Below, one piece after another: positions 45,591 through 55,015 of a stretch of DNA of 64,000 nt. Made by a program: the position numbers and the translations under genes. The first letter of the stretch is position 1. The number at the start of each line of letters is the position of its first letter. Origin of the DNA: Escherichia phage BF17; sequence record MW822008.1. One strand, written 5' to 3'. The notes beneath the pieces are model-generated. The model did no database searches, had not been told where the DNA came from, and was given only the letters and a program-made list of their open reading frames with translations.

Positions 45591-46007
45591 ATGAATAAAG
45601 AAGTTATTAGTTTAATGGATGAGTATATCAACCAAACATATCGTTTTATATTTTTTAATGCATTTGAGTCCAGAACAACGTATTATTCTGGTGAATATGA
45701 GATAATAACTGGATCATTTCTTAACGGATACATGGAGTTTTTAGAACAAAGCGATAATGTGTTCATTTCCATATCTGAAAAACATGGTAATGATTATGTT
45801 ATTGATATGTGGCCTAATAAAGTAGAGATTGATACCACGCACAAAATCGTAATTGATGTGGATGAATCGTTGTATGATTTAACTGAAGATATGTACATGC
45901 AACTAAATTTCGTATACGATCTAACTAACATAAGTTATTCTAATCTAAGTAAATTATTTTATATTTGTGGTGTACTACATAAAAACGTACAACAAAATAA
46001 AGGATAA
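45591..46007 (+). CDS. family-A paralog (divergent)
   Basis: TEDMYMQLNFVYD; ATG 45591 used because ORF-track start 45531 is upstream of a terminator hairpin. Confidence 0.5.
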   Translation: MNKEVISLMDEYINQTYRFIFFNAFESRTTYYSGEYEIITGSFLNGYMEFLEQSDNVFISISEKHGNDYVIDMWPNKVEIDTTHKIVIDVDESLYDLTEDMYMQLNFVYDLTNISYSNLSKLFYICGVLHKNVQQNKG

Positions 46008-46079
46008 ACATTTAAATGTTGACAATTTACAACATAAATGGTATCTTTGAAATTGCCAGAACCCTACGAGGAAGATGAT

Positions 46080-46487
46080 ATGGTCAAAATTTTAAGTGAC
46101 AATGCAGTTGATATTGTCATTGATGTACTTGAAAACAGTAATACATTTGAGAAGAAACACAGTACTGTATACTTCGGTAAAGATTGCTGGTTGAGCTATA
46201 TATCTGATAAATCGTTTGTAATTCGTGTTGAAACGGGTGATATTGGATTTACGGTACATGCGGCACATACCAAAACTGATAAACAAATCACTGTTATTGC
46301 TGACACGCCAAGTATCTGGGATAGAATTGATGATTGTGAACACTACACGTCAACATTCTATGATACAGAAGAAGAACATTTCATGGATAGTACTGTTAAA
46401 GAATTAGCTATTCCATTTAAACTTATGAAAGCAGCAAGAGATTTTATTTTAAAATACAAAAAAATAGGAGTTGATGATGCAATTTAA
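46080..46487 (+). CDS. family-A paralog
   Basis: TEEEHFMDSTVKE; ATG 46080 with RBS gagga preferred over 46038. Confidence 0.55.
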   Translation: MVKILSDNAVDIVIDVLENSNTFEKKHSTVYFGKDCWLSYISDKSFVIRVETGDIGFTVHAAHTKTDKQITVIADTPSIWDRIDDCEHYTSTFYDTEEEHFMDSTVKELAIPFKLMKAARDFILKYKKIGVDDAI

Positions 46488-46923
46488 TGGTAAGGTTTCT
46501 AAAGTAGGTTTAGTTTTTGAAAATTGTGAGTTCATTGAGATTGATGTAAAGAATGTTTTATGGATGCATATTGCTGACGAGAAAACTCTTTGTAGTCGTT
46601 TTTCCAACGGTCTAACTATTAGTACTGGTATTGGTGAGTTCGGTATTGCATTGCGTAGTGATACACCATCGGATTTCATGGATAACTCTACACTGTTAGA
46701 CCGTTTAAAAATGCGTGATGTTACACACGTTTATCTTTATGATACTAATGGTGTTGAACAGCGTTATGTAGTTGAATGGGCTAATTATAACCTTAGTGAT
46801 CAATATTCAGTAAACCAGCGTGTTCAACTCACCCCTGGTGGTAATATTGTGTTTGTTAGTTCAACTGGTAAATTAATCAGTGTAGATGATGAAAGTATCG
46901 ATCTATTCACTTCATATAACTAA
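46471..46923 (+). CDS. hypothetical protein (possible distant family-A relative)
   Basis: Contains SDFMDNSTLLD, weaker version of the motif. Confidence 0.5.
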   Translation: MMMQFNGKVSKVGLVFENCEFIEIDVKNVLWMHIADEKTLCSRFSNGLTISTGIGEFGIALRSDTPSDFMDNSTLLDRLKMRDVTHVYLYDTNGVEQRYVVEWANYNLSDQYSVNQRVQLTPGGNIVFVSSTGKLISVDDESIDLFTSYN

Positions 46924-46934
46924 TATGAGCTACT

Positions 46935-47354
46935 ATGAAAACAATCAAAACACATTTCAAAGATACATGGACAGAAGTAAGTACTGGTAATATTCAAGAT
47001 ATTTTATACAGTACTGAAACTATTCATGTCTATGACGAAGAGACAGCAGCGGAGCAGTTAAAGGTATTGCATCGTAGTGTAGGTGAACACACCGAGTACG
47101 GTGTTAAACATACTCGTGAATTGGTAAGTACTGATCATATTGACACCTGTACTGTAAATCTATCAAAAGAAGAAATGTTTGATTTTATTCTAAACAATAC
47201 TTTAATAATTCATCCAGATGGATCACTATACAGTAAAACAGATGGTACACAAGTTCATAAAAAGTACAATGTGACCATCAATGATACGGTGATGTCTGGA
47301 TATGATTTAGTTGATGCAATCAACGAGTACGTTTCTATGCAGAGGTTGAAATGA
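46935..47354 (+). CDS. hypothetical protein
   Basis: ORF track. Confidence 0.5.
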   Translation: MKTIKTHFKDTWTEVSTGNIQDILYSTETIHVYDEETAAEQLKVLHRSVGEHTEYGVKHTRELVSTDHIDTCTVNLSKEEMFDFILNNTLIIHPDGSLYSKTDGTQVHKKYNVTINDTVMSGYDLVDAINEYVSMQRLK

Positions 47355-47716
47355 TTAATCTGATATATTTTACAATTATTTGTTGCATTACTATTGTACT
47401 TTGTCGTCTAATTCATGTATACTCATATCATAAAGCGTTGAGAATCGAACAAGAGATTTACAACGAAAACCGTGAGCCAGAGCCAGAGAAGCTACCCCGC
47501 TCACCATATGCATTGAAGCGTGAGATGCATTCCGAGAGTAAGAAGTGGGGTTATGCAATAACCAAGCATGGTTATATCTACACTGCTGCAAATGGCTATT
47601 TTCAAATTCACCATGATCTTTCAGTTGCGATTGGAATTTTATGGGAAATGGAGGATATAGGTGGTTATGAGCGTACTAAATTTCCAAACTTACAAAATGA
47701 TCCAGGAACTTCATGA
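47351..47716 (+). CDS. membrane-anchored hypothetical protein
   Basis: N-terminal TM; ATGA overlap. Confidence 0.5.
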   Translation: MINLIYFTIICCITIVLCRLIHVYSYHKALRIEQEIYNENREPEPEKLPRSPYALKREMHSESKKWGYAITKHGYIYTAANGYFQIHHDLSVAIGILWEMEDIGGYERTKFPNLQNDPGTS

Positions 47717-47870
47717 AGAACATGATATAATTGTAGATGTAGAAAAGAAGGAAGTTGTTATGAAGAAGCAAGCATACCGCATCTTAGACAACTTCTATCT
47801 TAAGGCATTTATAATGAAGTTCTGTGCAGACGAGCACTTAACAGGACGTGTTATACGCAAGGAGTCGTAG
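47661..47870 (+). CDS. hypothetical small protein, start uncertain
   Basis: ORF track; overlaps upstream gene, alternative ATG 47697. Confidence 0.35.
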   Translation: MVMSVLNFQTYKMIQELHEEHDIIVDVEKKEVVMKKQAYRILDNFYLKAFIMKFCADEHLTGRVIRKES

Positions 47871-48212
47871 ATGGACATGAGTTCAACAATTCAGTACTTG
47901 AGCGAGAATTTTGTCAAAATCATTTCACGTGGTGGTATGATTGTGCATCCTAAAACTGAAGATATGTATATCATTCGTTTTGATGCAAATTCTTATGATC
48001 AAGTACTTGTTGTTTCGAAATTAGTAGGTTATAATGAAGTCGTTCAGTTCTGCTGTACCGAGTTCGGTATCTATATTAAAGATGCAGAAACCAATGAGAT
48101 TTCACATTATTTTTATCACACACTGATGGGTACTAAAGATTTTGGATTGAAATTCAATGATTTAGTACAATGTCACTATATGTTTAAAACATACCCAGCA
48201 TCTGGGAAATAA
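47871..48212 (+). CDS. hypothetical protein
   Basis: ORF track. Confidence 0.5.
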   Translation: MDMSSTIQYLSENFVKIISRGGMIVHPKTEDMYIIRFDANSYDQVLVVSKLVGYNEVVQFCCTEFGIYIKDAETNEISHYFYHTLMGTKDFGLKFNDLVQCHYMFKTYPASGK

Positions 48213-48223
48213 GGAGTAACAAT

Positions 48224-49039
48224 ATGAGCAACATTTTCTTCAAAACCATTTCCTTCAAAAAAGAATCTTACTCTTACGCTTATGTAGATGGTAAAGTACT
48301 CAATATCGTTCTAGATGGTGTTGATGTGCCTGTTCAATTTACCAGTCATCAAGAAGCGATTGAGGGTGCTCAAGAGCTTAACAGCTTACTAAATGGTATT
48401 GAGAAGAAACCTGAAGTTAAATCTGACCTTGATTTATTGGTTGACAAAATTAAAAGTGGTGAACTATTATCAATTCTAGACCAGTGTAATGAAAAATTAC
48501 GTGGTGTTGTTGGTGATGTACGTACTACAGTTCAAGATCGTCTACTTGAGCAAGCATTCAAAGAAGTTACTAAGAAAACTGAAGAACGTGTTGAAGGTAT
48601 GATTAAAAACATTGATGACGTTCTCACTCATATGTTCACCAAGCCATACGAATCAAGTACTGATTCTGACGAGAAACAAGAAGAACCAGTAGAACGCACT
48701 AAGCCATCTATTGTTACTAAAGTTAAACATAGTTTTGGGTCACTGGATGATGTATTTGGCTTTACAAATGTACGTGTTAGTACTGATGAAAAGCCAGAAG
48801 TTGATGAAATGCTAATTGGTGACATGACAACTGGACAACTCAAAAAAGAGATTGATACCTTTGTTAATGAACTAATTAGTTCTGAACGTGCTGAAAATAT
48901 GTTTAGCAGTATTTCAGCTAACTTCGGTAAAGAAGCAACTGAGCAAGCAGTACAGGCATTCAAAGATTTGATTTACACTGTCGCAATTGCTAATCCAGAA
49001 CAAACACTGGAAGAAGTTCTACGTAAAAACTTCAAATAA
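48224..49039 (+). CDS. hypothetical protein
   Basis: ORF track; RBS aaggag. Confidence 0.55.
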   Translation: MSNIFFKTISFKKESYSYAYVDGKVLNIVLDGVDVPVQFTSHQEAIEGAQELNSLLNGIEKKPEVKSDLDLLVDKIKSGELLSILDQCNEKLRGVVGDVRTTVQDRLLEQAFKEVTKKTEERVEGMIKNIDDVLTHMFTKPYESSTDSDEKQEEPVERTKPSIVTKVKHSFGSLDDVFGFTNVRVSTDEKPEVDEMLIGDMTTGQLKKEIDTFVNELISSERAENMFSSISANFGKEATEQAVQAFKDLIYTVAIANPEQTLEEVLRKNFK

Positions 49040-49050
49040 GATATAGATAA

Positions 49051-49083
49051 AAGAAAAGCCACTACATTGTAGTGGCTTTTTTG
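49051..49083. terminator. bidirectional terminator between convergent genes
   Basis: agccactacattgtagtggct hairpin flanked by A-run and T-run. Confidence 0.65.
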
Positions 49084-50241
49084 TTATGCGTTATAACCAA
49101 CAATGACTACAGTACAGCCAAATGGTTCAACAACTTTTAATACAACATTATCATCTGCATCGAGTTCAACTTCACTTAGAACAACATGATTGTCTTCAGC
49201 ATATACTTGAACTTGTGGGAGGATTTTACCATGTTCACTGACAGGAATGGACAGTGTGTACATAGAATCACCATCAACTACCCAATCACTATCGGTATAC
49301 GTGTTGTGATATGGAGTGGTGTGTAAGGTTTTACCAATAATACTCAATGAGATTGGAGCGTCATCAGTTTGGTACACAGTAATATTACCGCTAGGATCTA
49401 CAATGAGGTCTACTCCAATTTGGAATAAATCACCACTGTATGCTTGTAGAGCAAGATACTCACCACGCTCATGCACAGTAGCTGGTACAGTTGCCATGTA
49501 CATACCATCGGACGTGTACTCAAACTGAGATAGAAGTACTGAAGTAACGAAGTCAATATCTTCTCCGCTTTCTAGTATATCAAATTCAATAGTTTTGGTA
49601 TTATATATGTCAGAAGTGAGTATGATGGTTCCTTTACCGGATTGAGTAATTGGATCAACTGGAATACTAAAAACATCATCAATTATTTCAGTTGTGAAGT
49701 ACTCGGTTCCGTCAGGAAGTATAACGGTAATACGCATTCCAGTTGTATCAATGGCTGAACCTGCGTTGAATAGGCGACCACCTACCAAATCATCACCTAC
49801 GAACGTTGGGGACATAAGGATGTTGTCTATATCTCTATCTATAATCCCGCATTCAGGGGTGTACATATTATATAGTGTTTGTGAACTACCTAGAATTGTT
49901 TTGTGCAAAAGAAACTTATAAACAAACCCAGTAGGATCTGATTCAAGTTTAGCATCTGAGTATCCTCTTACGAAAAAAGAGTTCTTTCTTATTTCACTTA
50001 GGATTTGGTCATTAGTTTTGTTGTAGTTTAATTGATATCCTTGTATATCCTTTGTTGTAATTTGTACTTTACGATAAATTACATTACTTACAGGATCAAG
50101 TAAATCATATAATCTATGGCTTCTCTGACGATAGATTCGAACATTTTTGAGTTTAGTCCCATCGTTGAGAATTGCACCATCGACTACATATCCACATTCA
50201 CCGAACTTATATCGTCCAGCAGCAGCAATCGATCTTGACAT
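49084..50241 (-). CDS. hypothetical protein (385 aa), only minus-strand gene in window; possibly structural
   Basis: Long minus-strand ORF, convergent with 48224..49039. Confidence 0.55.
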   Translation of the reverse strand: MSRSIAAAGRYKFGECGYVVDGAILNDGTKLKNVRIYRQRSHRLYDLLDPVSNVIYRKVQITTKDIQGYQLNYNKTNDQILSEIRKNSFFVRGYSDAKLESDPTGFVYKFLLHKTILGSSQTLYNMYTPECGIIDRDIDNILMSPTFVGDDLVGGRLFNAGSAIDTTGMRITVILPDGTEYFTTEIIDDVFSIPVDPITQSGKGTIILTSDIYNTKTIEFDILESGEDIDFVTSVLLSQFEYTSDGMYMATVPATVHERGEYLALQAYSGDLFQIGVDLIVDPSGNITVYQTDDAPISLSIIGKTLHTTPYHNTYTDSDWVVDGDSMYTLSIPVSEHGKILPQVQVYAEDNHVVLSEVELDADDNVVLKVVEPFGCTVVIVGYNA

Positions 50242-50357
50242 TCATCCCTCCATTGGTATAATTATTATAACGTATTTATTCTAGATAGGTAAAAAAGCAC
50301 CTTGACTGAGTTGTGTTTTTGACGTATACTTAAATGGAATATCAATAAGGGGATTTT

Positions 50358-50942
50358 ATGAGTGTTGTAGAAAAACGTTTAGTACTGAAAAATGGTAAAA
50401 TGACTGTTAAGCTATACAAAGATGAAGCTGATTCTTTTATGGCTAAAGCAATTGAGAAATCCGAACGATATAAAATTCTTGCACCTGCAAGTAAATCGCC
50501 GTATGGATTTAATCACGCTCACAGTCATTTTGTAGGGATGGTATGTGAACATGCATCATTTGTACTTTTTAATGAAATTGAAAACTATTCAGGTATTGCA
50601 CTTAACATTGATCCAGCGTTCCAAAGTGATGGTCGTGATGGTGAATGTGATATCAAAGTAAACAACTTAAGAATTGAAGTGAAAGGCATCAAGTACAAAT
50701 CGTGGACCGACTTTGGACCATGTGTTAGTACTCGACAGTTAAAAAATATACAGAAAAAAGCTGACGTTATTCTGTGGGTATTGTATAATGAGAAAAAGCA
50801 AGAATTCACATTTGAGGGATTCAACTATGTAAAAGACATTAGTTCGATTCCAGTTGTGCTAACAGGTGTACCAGGGCGACCGATGATTGAAAATCACCCA
50901 GTACTGAGTATTATTAAACCACTTCAGGAGTTACCATTATGA
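50358..50942 (+). CDS. hypothetical protein (possible PD-(D/E)xK-like motif)
   Basis: GECDIKV...LRIEVKG; weak motif-level hint only. Confidence 0.45.
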   Translation: MSVVEKRLVLKNGKMTVKLYKDEADSFMAKAIEKSERYKILAPASKSPYGFNHAHSHFVGMVCEHASFVLFNEIENYSGIALNIDPAFQSDGRDGECDIKVNNLRIEVKGIKYKSWTDFGPCVSTRQLKNIQKKADVILWVLYNEKKQEFTFEGFNYVKDISSIPVVLTGVPGRPMIENHPVLSIIKPLQELPL

Positions 50943-51166
50943 TTACTGCCACTGTATATCAAGATATTAATGAAGAATTTAATTCTAAAATTGCATTTTT
51001 ATCCTTTCCCGTATTGCCAGCTATTGGTGCTACGTTGAATCTTACAATCTGTGGCTTTGAAAAATACTATGAAGTACTAGATATTGAGTACTGTGCAGAT
51101 GTTTATTCATGCAACAGTGAGATTGCTATTCCTGTGCAAATCGACATTATTGTAAAAGAGGTTTGA
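50939..51166 (+). CDS. hypothetical small protein
   Basis: ORF track. Confidence 0.45.
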   Translation: MITATVYQDINEEFNSKIAFLSFPVLPAIGATLNLTICGFEKYYEVLDIEYCADVYSCNSEIAIPVQIDIIVKEV

Positions 51167-51627
51167 TTATGTTTAAACACTTTCTAGTAATCACTGCTGT
51201 TGTATTCAGTACTTCCTGCTTTGTAGCACCAGTACATGCGGAAGACCAGCGTCAAACAATCAAGACGATTGGAACAGGGAAAGCCCAACCAAAACGTACT
51301 GCTGAAGAATACATGCCTGAGATGCGTGAACGTTACCGCCAGCAATACCGTGAAAAACATGCTAATGATAAGCCTATCAAAAAGCATAAATGGAATGTAG
51401 TCAAATCGCCATCGTTTTGTGCTGGGTATGCTAAGGTTAAGGATGAACAGCACAACAAGCAGTACTATAAAGATATGTACACATTCTATGATTCGAGGAT
51501 CTCGGATGATGACATGATGGCTGCTAAGGTTGATAAAGAAGAATTTCTTCAGGGTTATGACATGACCGATGATGACAAGATCATGGAATGTGTTGAAGTA
51601 TATGAAAAATACAGAGGTTTTGAATGA
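51163..51627 (+). CDS. secreted protein
   Basis: Signal-peptide-like N-terminus MIMFKHFLVITAVVFSTSCFVAPVHA. Confidence 0.5.
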   Translation: MIMFKHFLVITAVVFSTSCFVAPVHAEDQRQTIKTIGTGKAQPKRTAEEYMPEMRERYRQQYREKHANDKPIKKHKWNVVKSPSFCAGYAKVKDEQHNKQYYKDMYTFYDSRISDDDMMAAKVDKEEFLQGYDMTDDDKIMECVEVYEKYRGFE

Positions 51628-52067
51628 CACTTTTGCTGATTCTAGGTTTATTAGTGTCATATTTCATTTTTCTTAACATCTTCTCTGATGCATCACATTT
51701 TGCATATGCTTCAGCTATTGCAAAACACGAAGGGATAAAGAAGTATATTCCTGCATTGTTATTCTCATATATGTACCATCCAAGGTACTTTACACTAGGT
51801 GTGTTTGACAAGTATGTATACGACGAAAAAGCACTCAATGAAATTGAATACTTTGTAAGAACTCATGCTAATAACAATCCAAAATCATTAATTAACTTTA
51901 CTGATAATCGTAAACGTGTTAGTATTAGAACTGACTTGTATCCTACCAGTCACTTTCATCTAGGTGATTGGGGTGTGTACAGGATTAGATACGAAAACTT
52001 ACTGTTACCACCATCACATGTAAGATACATAGAAAAATATTTGTTGAAATGTGTTGACTCCAAATAG
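51624..52067 (+). CDS. membrane-anchored hypothetical protein
   Basis: N-terminal TM. Confidence 0.5.
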   Translation: MTLLLILGLLVSYFIFLNIFSDASHFAYASAIAKHEGIKKYIPALLFSYMYHPRYFTLGVFDKYVYDEKALNEIEYFVRTHANNNPKSLINFTDNRKRVSIRTDLYPTSHFHLGDWGVYRIRYENLLLPPSHVRYIEKYLLKCVDSK

Positions 52068-52120
52068 TAAATGGCAGTATAATAGCTTCATACCGCAATA
52101 ACTGACAAGAGGATTTAACG

Positions 52121-52579
52121 ATGGACGTATTAGCTACTCAATTCAAACGCAACGCAGAAGAACGTGAAGGTTACCTAAGTATCAGTGAAGTGGTTGAGGA
52201 TGGATTCAAGCAGTACATTTTCAACAGTGCAATTAAACTGAAGCCAACAAAAGATTCACCGGATCGCAGCTTCACCAAGTGGATTGCATTCTGGGAAGAG
52301 TCACCAATTGCAATCGAAATGACTGTCATTACTACAGTACTAGAAACTGGTTACATCAAAGCAATTGTAGTTGATAAGAAAGTTCGTACTCTTGATGAAA
52401 TCGGGACATACCCAGCACGTAACTCTAAAGTATTTGGGTGTTTAGTTGATGGTAAGTTTATGATTGAAAAAGATGCTAAGAACTATGTAATTGATAAACT
52501 ACAAACCAGTGCTACTAAACAGGAAGTCGTAGACCAGAACGCAGTGGATGCTATTAAAAAGGCATGGGGACTGAAATAA
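52121..52579 (+). CDS. hypothetical protein
   Basis: ORF track. Confidence 0.5.
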   Translation: MDVLATQFKRNAEEREGYLSISEVVEDGFKQYIFNSAIKLKPTKDSPDRSFTKWIAFWEESPIAIEMTVITTVLETGYIKAIVVDKKVRTLDEIGTYPARNSKVFGCLVDGKFMIEKDAKNYVIDKLQTSATKQEVVDQNAVDAIKKAWGLK

Positions 52580-53001
52580 TGTTCACACTTAGCAATGCAA
52601 AGTATCTATTTCTTATTGCTATTATTGGTTGGGTTATGGCTCCAGTGCTTAATGCACTGGGGTTTCCAGACGGACATAAACTTGTAAATGTTTCAGGTGT
52701 AATCCAGGGCATTTCATGGTATTCATTGATTATATTTTCTATATGTATTCATACTTTTGCACGTGATTGCCGCCGTCTGCTTTTTGTTAAAGTATTCGGT
52801 ACTAAGAGATATAGTTTTGTGTTTACATTTATTTTAATACCATGTATTATCTATGCTTTTGTATTTGATTACTATACTTATCTGTGGGTGTGTGGTTCTA
52901 TGTTTGTTATGTTGGAATATACAAGAACTGTTCAAAACTCATATGCTGATGAGTATTATGATCTTGAAGTTAAACGAAAATTAACGGAGCTAAACAAATG
53001 A
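52564..53001 (+). CDS. integral membrane protein
   Basis: Several hydrophobic helices. Confidence 0.5.
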   Translation: MGTEIMFTLSNAKYLFLIAIIGWVMAPVLNALGFPDGHKLVNVSGVIQGISWYSLIIFSICIHTFARDCRRLLFVKVFGTKRYSFVFTFILIPCIIYAFVFDYYTYLWVCGSMFVMLEYTRTVQNSYADEYYDLEVKRKLTELNK

Positions 53002-53423
53002 GGGGATACAATAAGATTTGTATTTTTGTATTTTTAGTTTGTGCAATCAATACATTTGGATATTACTGTACTGAAAACAACATTTCATATGGTTTAAATC
53101 CTTTGTGGTTTACAATTGCCAATGTAGCACAAATTGGTATTGCTGTTATGTCTGCACTTATGTTCTGTCCAATTGTCACTATGGATACTGATCATGAAAG
53201 GCTTGGATTTATCCGTGATACTGGAGACGAACCTTACAGTAGATTGATTGTGTTGTATCCATTTATTGTTATTTTAGGTACTAACATCCAACTTGGGTCT
53301 TTATCTAATAGTGTTACTTCAGCAGCCATTACAGTCTTTGCATTCACATTTTTTATGGTACACAAATCAGTACTCAAATGGCACATCACCAAAATGGCAG
53401 AGAAAGGTACAGAAAACAGTTGA
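52998..53423 (+). CDS. integral membrane protein
   Basis: Several hydrophobic helices. Confidence 0.5.
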   Translation: MRGYNKICIFVFLVCAINTFGYYCTENNISYGLNPLWFTIANVAQIGIAVMSALMFCPIVTMDTDHERLGFIRDTGDEPYSRLIVLYPFIVILGTNIQLGSLSNSVTSAAITVFAFTFFMVHKSVLKWHITKMAEKGTENS

Positions 53424-53448
53424 CGTGAGTTATTGAGAGATATATAAT
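53420..53448 (+). promoter_or_regulatory. sigma70-like promoter
   Basis: ttgacg 53420-53425, 17-nt spacer, tataat 53443-53448. Confidence 0.5.
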
Positions 53449-53482
53449 TATTACATCAAAACTGGGAAATGGTAAGGAACTT

Positions 53483-53734
53483 ATGAACATCGATAAGGTC
53501 AAAGAACTTAGTGAAGCACTAATTAAGAACGAAGAAGCTTGTGAAGAACTTCGCAGTACTATCAAAGTTGAGTACGCACGACTCCAAGGTATGCTTCAAG
53601 AATCAGAATGGGTAGTAACTAAATCTATCGAAGCAATCTATAAGGATATCGAATCCCTTTTCAACAAGAAAAGTAAGATTGAATCTGATTCATATAACAA
53701 ACGTAAAGAGTTATCTACTGCACTTGGTATCTAA
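53483..53734 (+). CDS. hypothetical coiled-coil protein
   Basis: ORF track. Confidence 0.5.
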   Translation: MNIDKVKELSEALIKNEEACEELRSTIKVEYARLQGMLQESEWVVTKSIEAIYKDIESLFNKKSKIESDSYNKRKELSTALGI

Positions 53735-53808
53735 AAGTATTTGACATAACAAATAATATGGAGTACAATGTGCTCCTAATTTAATTATCAGCTAAAAAGG
53801 AAAACATT

Positions 53809-54069
53809 ATGAAATCTATTCTCGTTGCAGTTAACCAGGTTGCTTCCCCATCTTTTAACTTCAAACAAGTTGTTGCTGATAATCTGAAGAAGATCTGTCC
53901 AAACGCTGAATTGACTTTCTGTGTGTTTGATTCAGAAAAAGTAACTAAAGTTGATCTAAACTATCTTTTGAACGAAGTACAAAGTATTTCTGGTGAAAGT
54001 AACTTAAAAGTTCTTCATGAGATTGCAGAAGATTATGATGCCACTCTAGTAATTTCGGAGAAATTCTAA
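53809..54069 (+). CDS. hypothetical protein
   Basis: ORF track. Confidence 0.5.
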   Translation: MKSILVAVNQVASPSFNFKQVVADNLKKICPNAELTFCVFDSEKVTKVDLNYLLNEVQSISGESNLKVLHEIAEDYDATLVISEKF

Positions 54070-54074
54070 ATCAA

Positions 54075-54494
54075 ATGATTACATTCATTCAGTACTTAAT
54101 CATTAAATTTTTTGGCTATTATACGATTGAAGGCAAAGCTACACTTGCACATAAAATCTTCGTAGCATTATGTACTGGTGATTACCCTGTATTGAATAAG
54201 TACTGTAAATCTCAAGCATGTATTGATATAATGGCACTTCGCATCTATGAGTGCCGTTCAAATAGATACAATTTTTTCCAGTACAGATATGATAAAGATA
54301 ATTTTGATAGCATTAAAATGCTAAAGAATTTATGTAATAATAAAAAGAATATGCATATATCTGAATTTGTTGCATTGTATTTTTATTTAAAAAGTTCATT
54401 ATACATGAATACACTTCAACGCTTCGATACTAGAATTAATGTATTCAACGATAAAGAATTTTATATCTATGATAAATTTTTAGATAAGGTTTAA
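54075..54494 (+). CDS. hypothetical protein
   Basis: ORF track. Confidence 0.45.
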   Translation: MITFIQYLIIKFFGYYTIEGKATLAHKIFVALCTGDYPVLNKYCKSQACIDIMALRIYECRSNRYNFFQYRYDKDNFDSIKMLKNLCNNKKNMHISEFVALYFYLKSSLYMNTLQRFDTRINVFNDKEFYIYDKFLDKV

Positions 54495-54495
54495 T

Positions 54496-54993
54496 ATGAC
54501 GACTGTTTATATTGATAAACGCTTGGGAGTATTACTTACTGATTCAAAAGTGACATCAACTGAGCAACGTTCATTTTTGAACCTATTCCCGTTGAAGCCA
54601 AAACTTAGTTATGGTGTAGTTTCACAAAAAACATTGTATGTACACGACCGACTGTTTAGTGCTTGCGGTGAAGTTAGTGAAATTAACAAAGTACTGAGAT
54701 ACTTGATTTCACAAGAGACTGTGATACCAGACCGCAAGGCGAGTTGTCACTGTGTTCTTGTGTCAAAAGATTACATCATTCACTTAATCGTTAATAAGGG
54801 TAAGTTTACCAAGAAGATTGATTATCTCCATAATGATTATACATTCTTTATGGGTAGTGGTGGTGAATACATGCTTGATGCAGCAGTACATGAAGAGTAT
54901 AATACTCTTCTTGATAAGGTATTTGATACCTTCATGGATGTTCATAACCATGATATCTATACCGATGATAATATTAATGTATACCGTTTTTGA
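54496..54993 (+). CDS. hypothetical protein
   Basis: ORF track. Confidence 0.5.
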   Translation: MTTVYIDKRLGVLLTDSKVTSTEQRSFLNLFPLKPKLSYGVVSQKTLYVHDRLFSACGEVSEINKVLRYLISQETVIPDRKASCHCVLVSKDYIIHLIVNKGKFTKKIDYLHNDYTFFMGSGGEYMLDAAVHEEYNTLLDKVFDTFMDVHNHDIYTDDNINVYRF

Positions 54994-55015
54994 TTTCATT
55001 CATTAGGAGAAGTAA

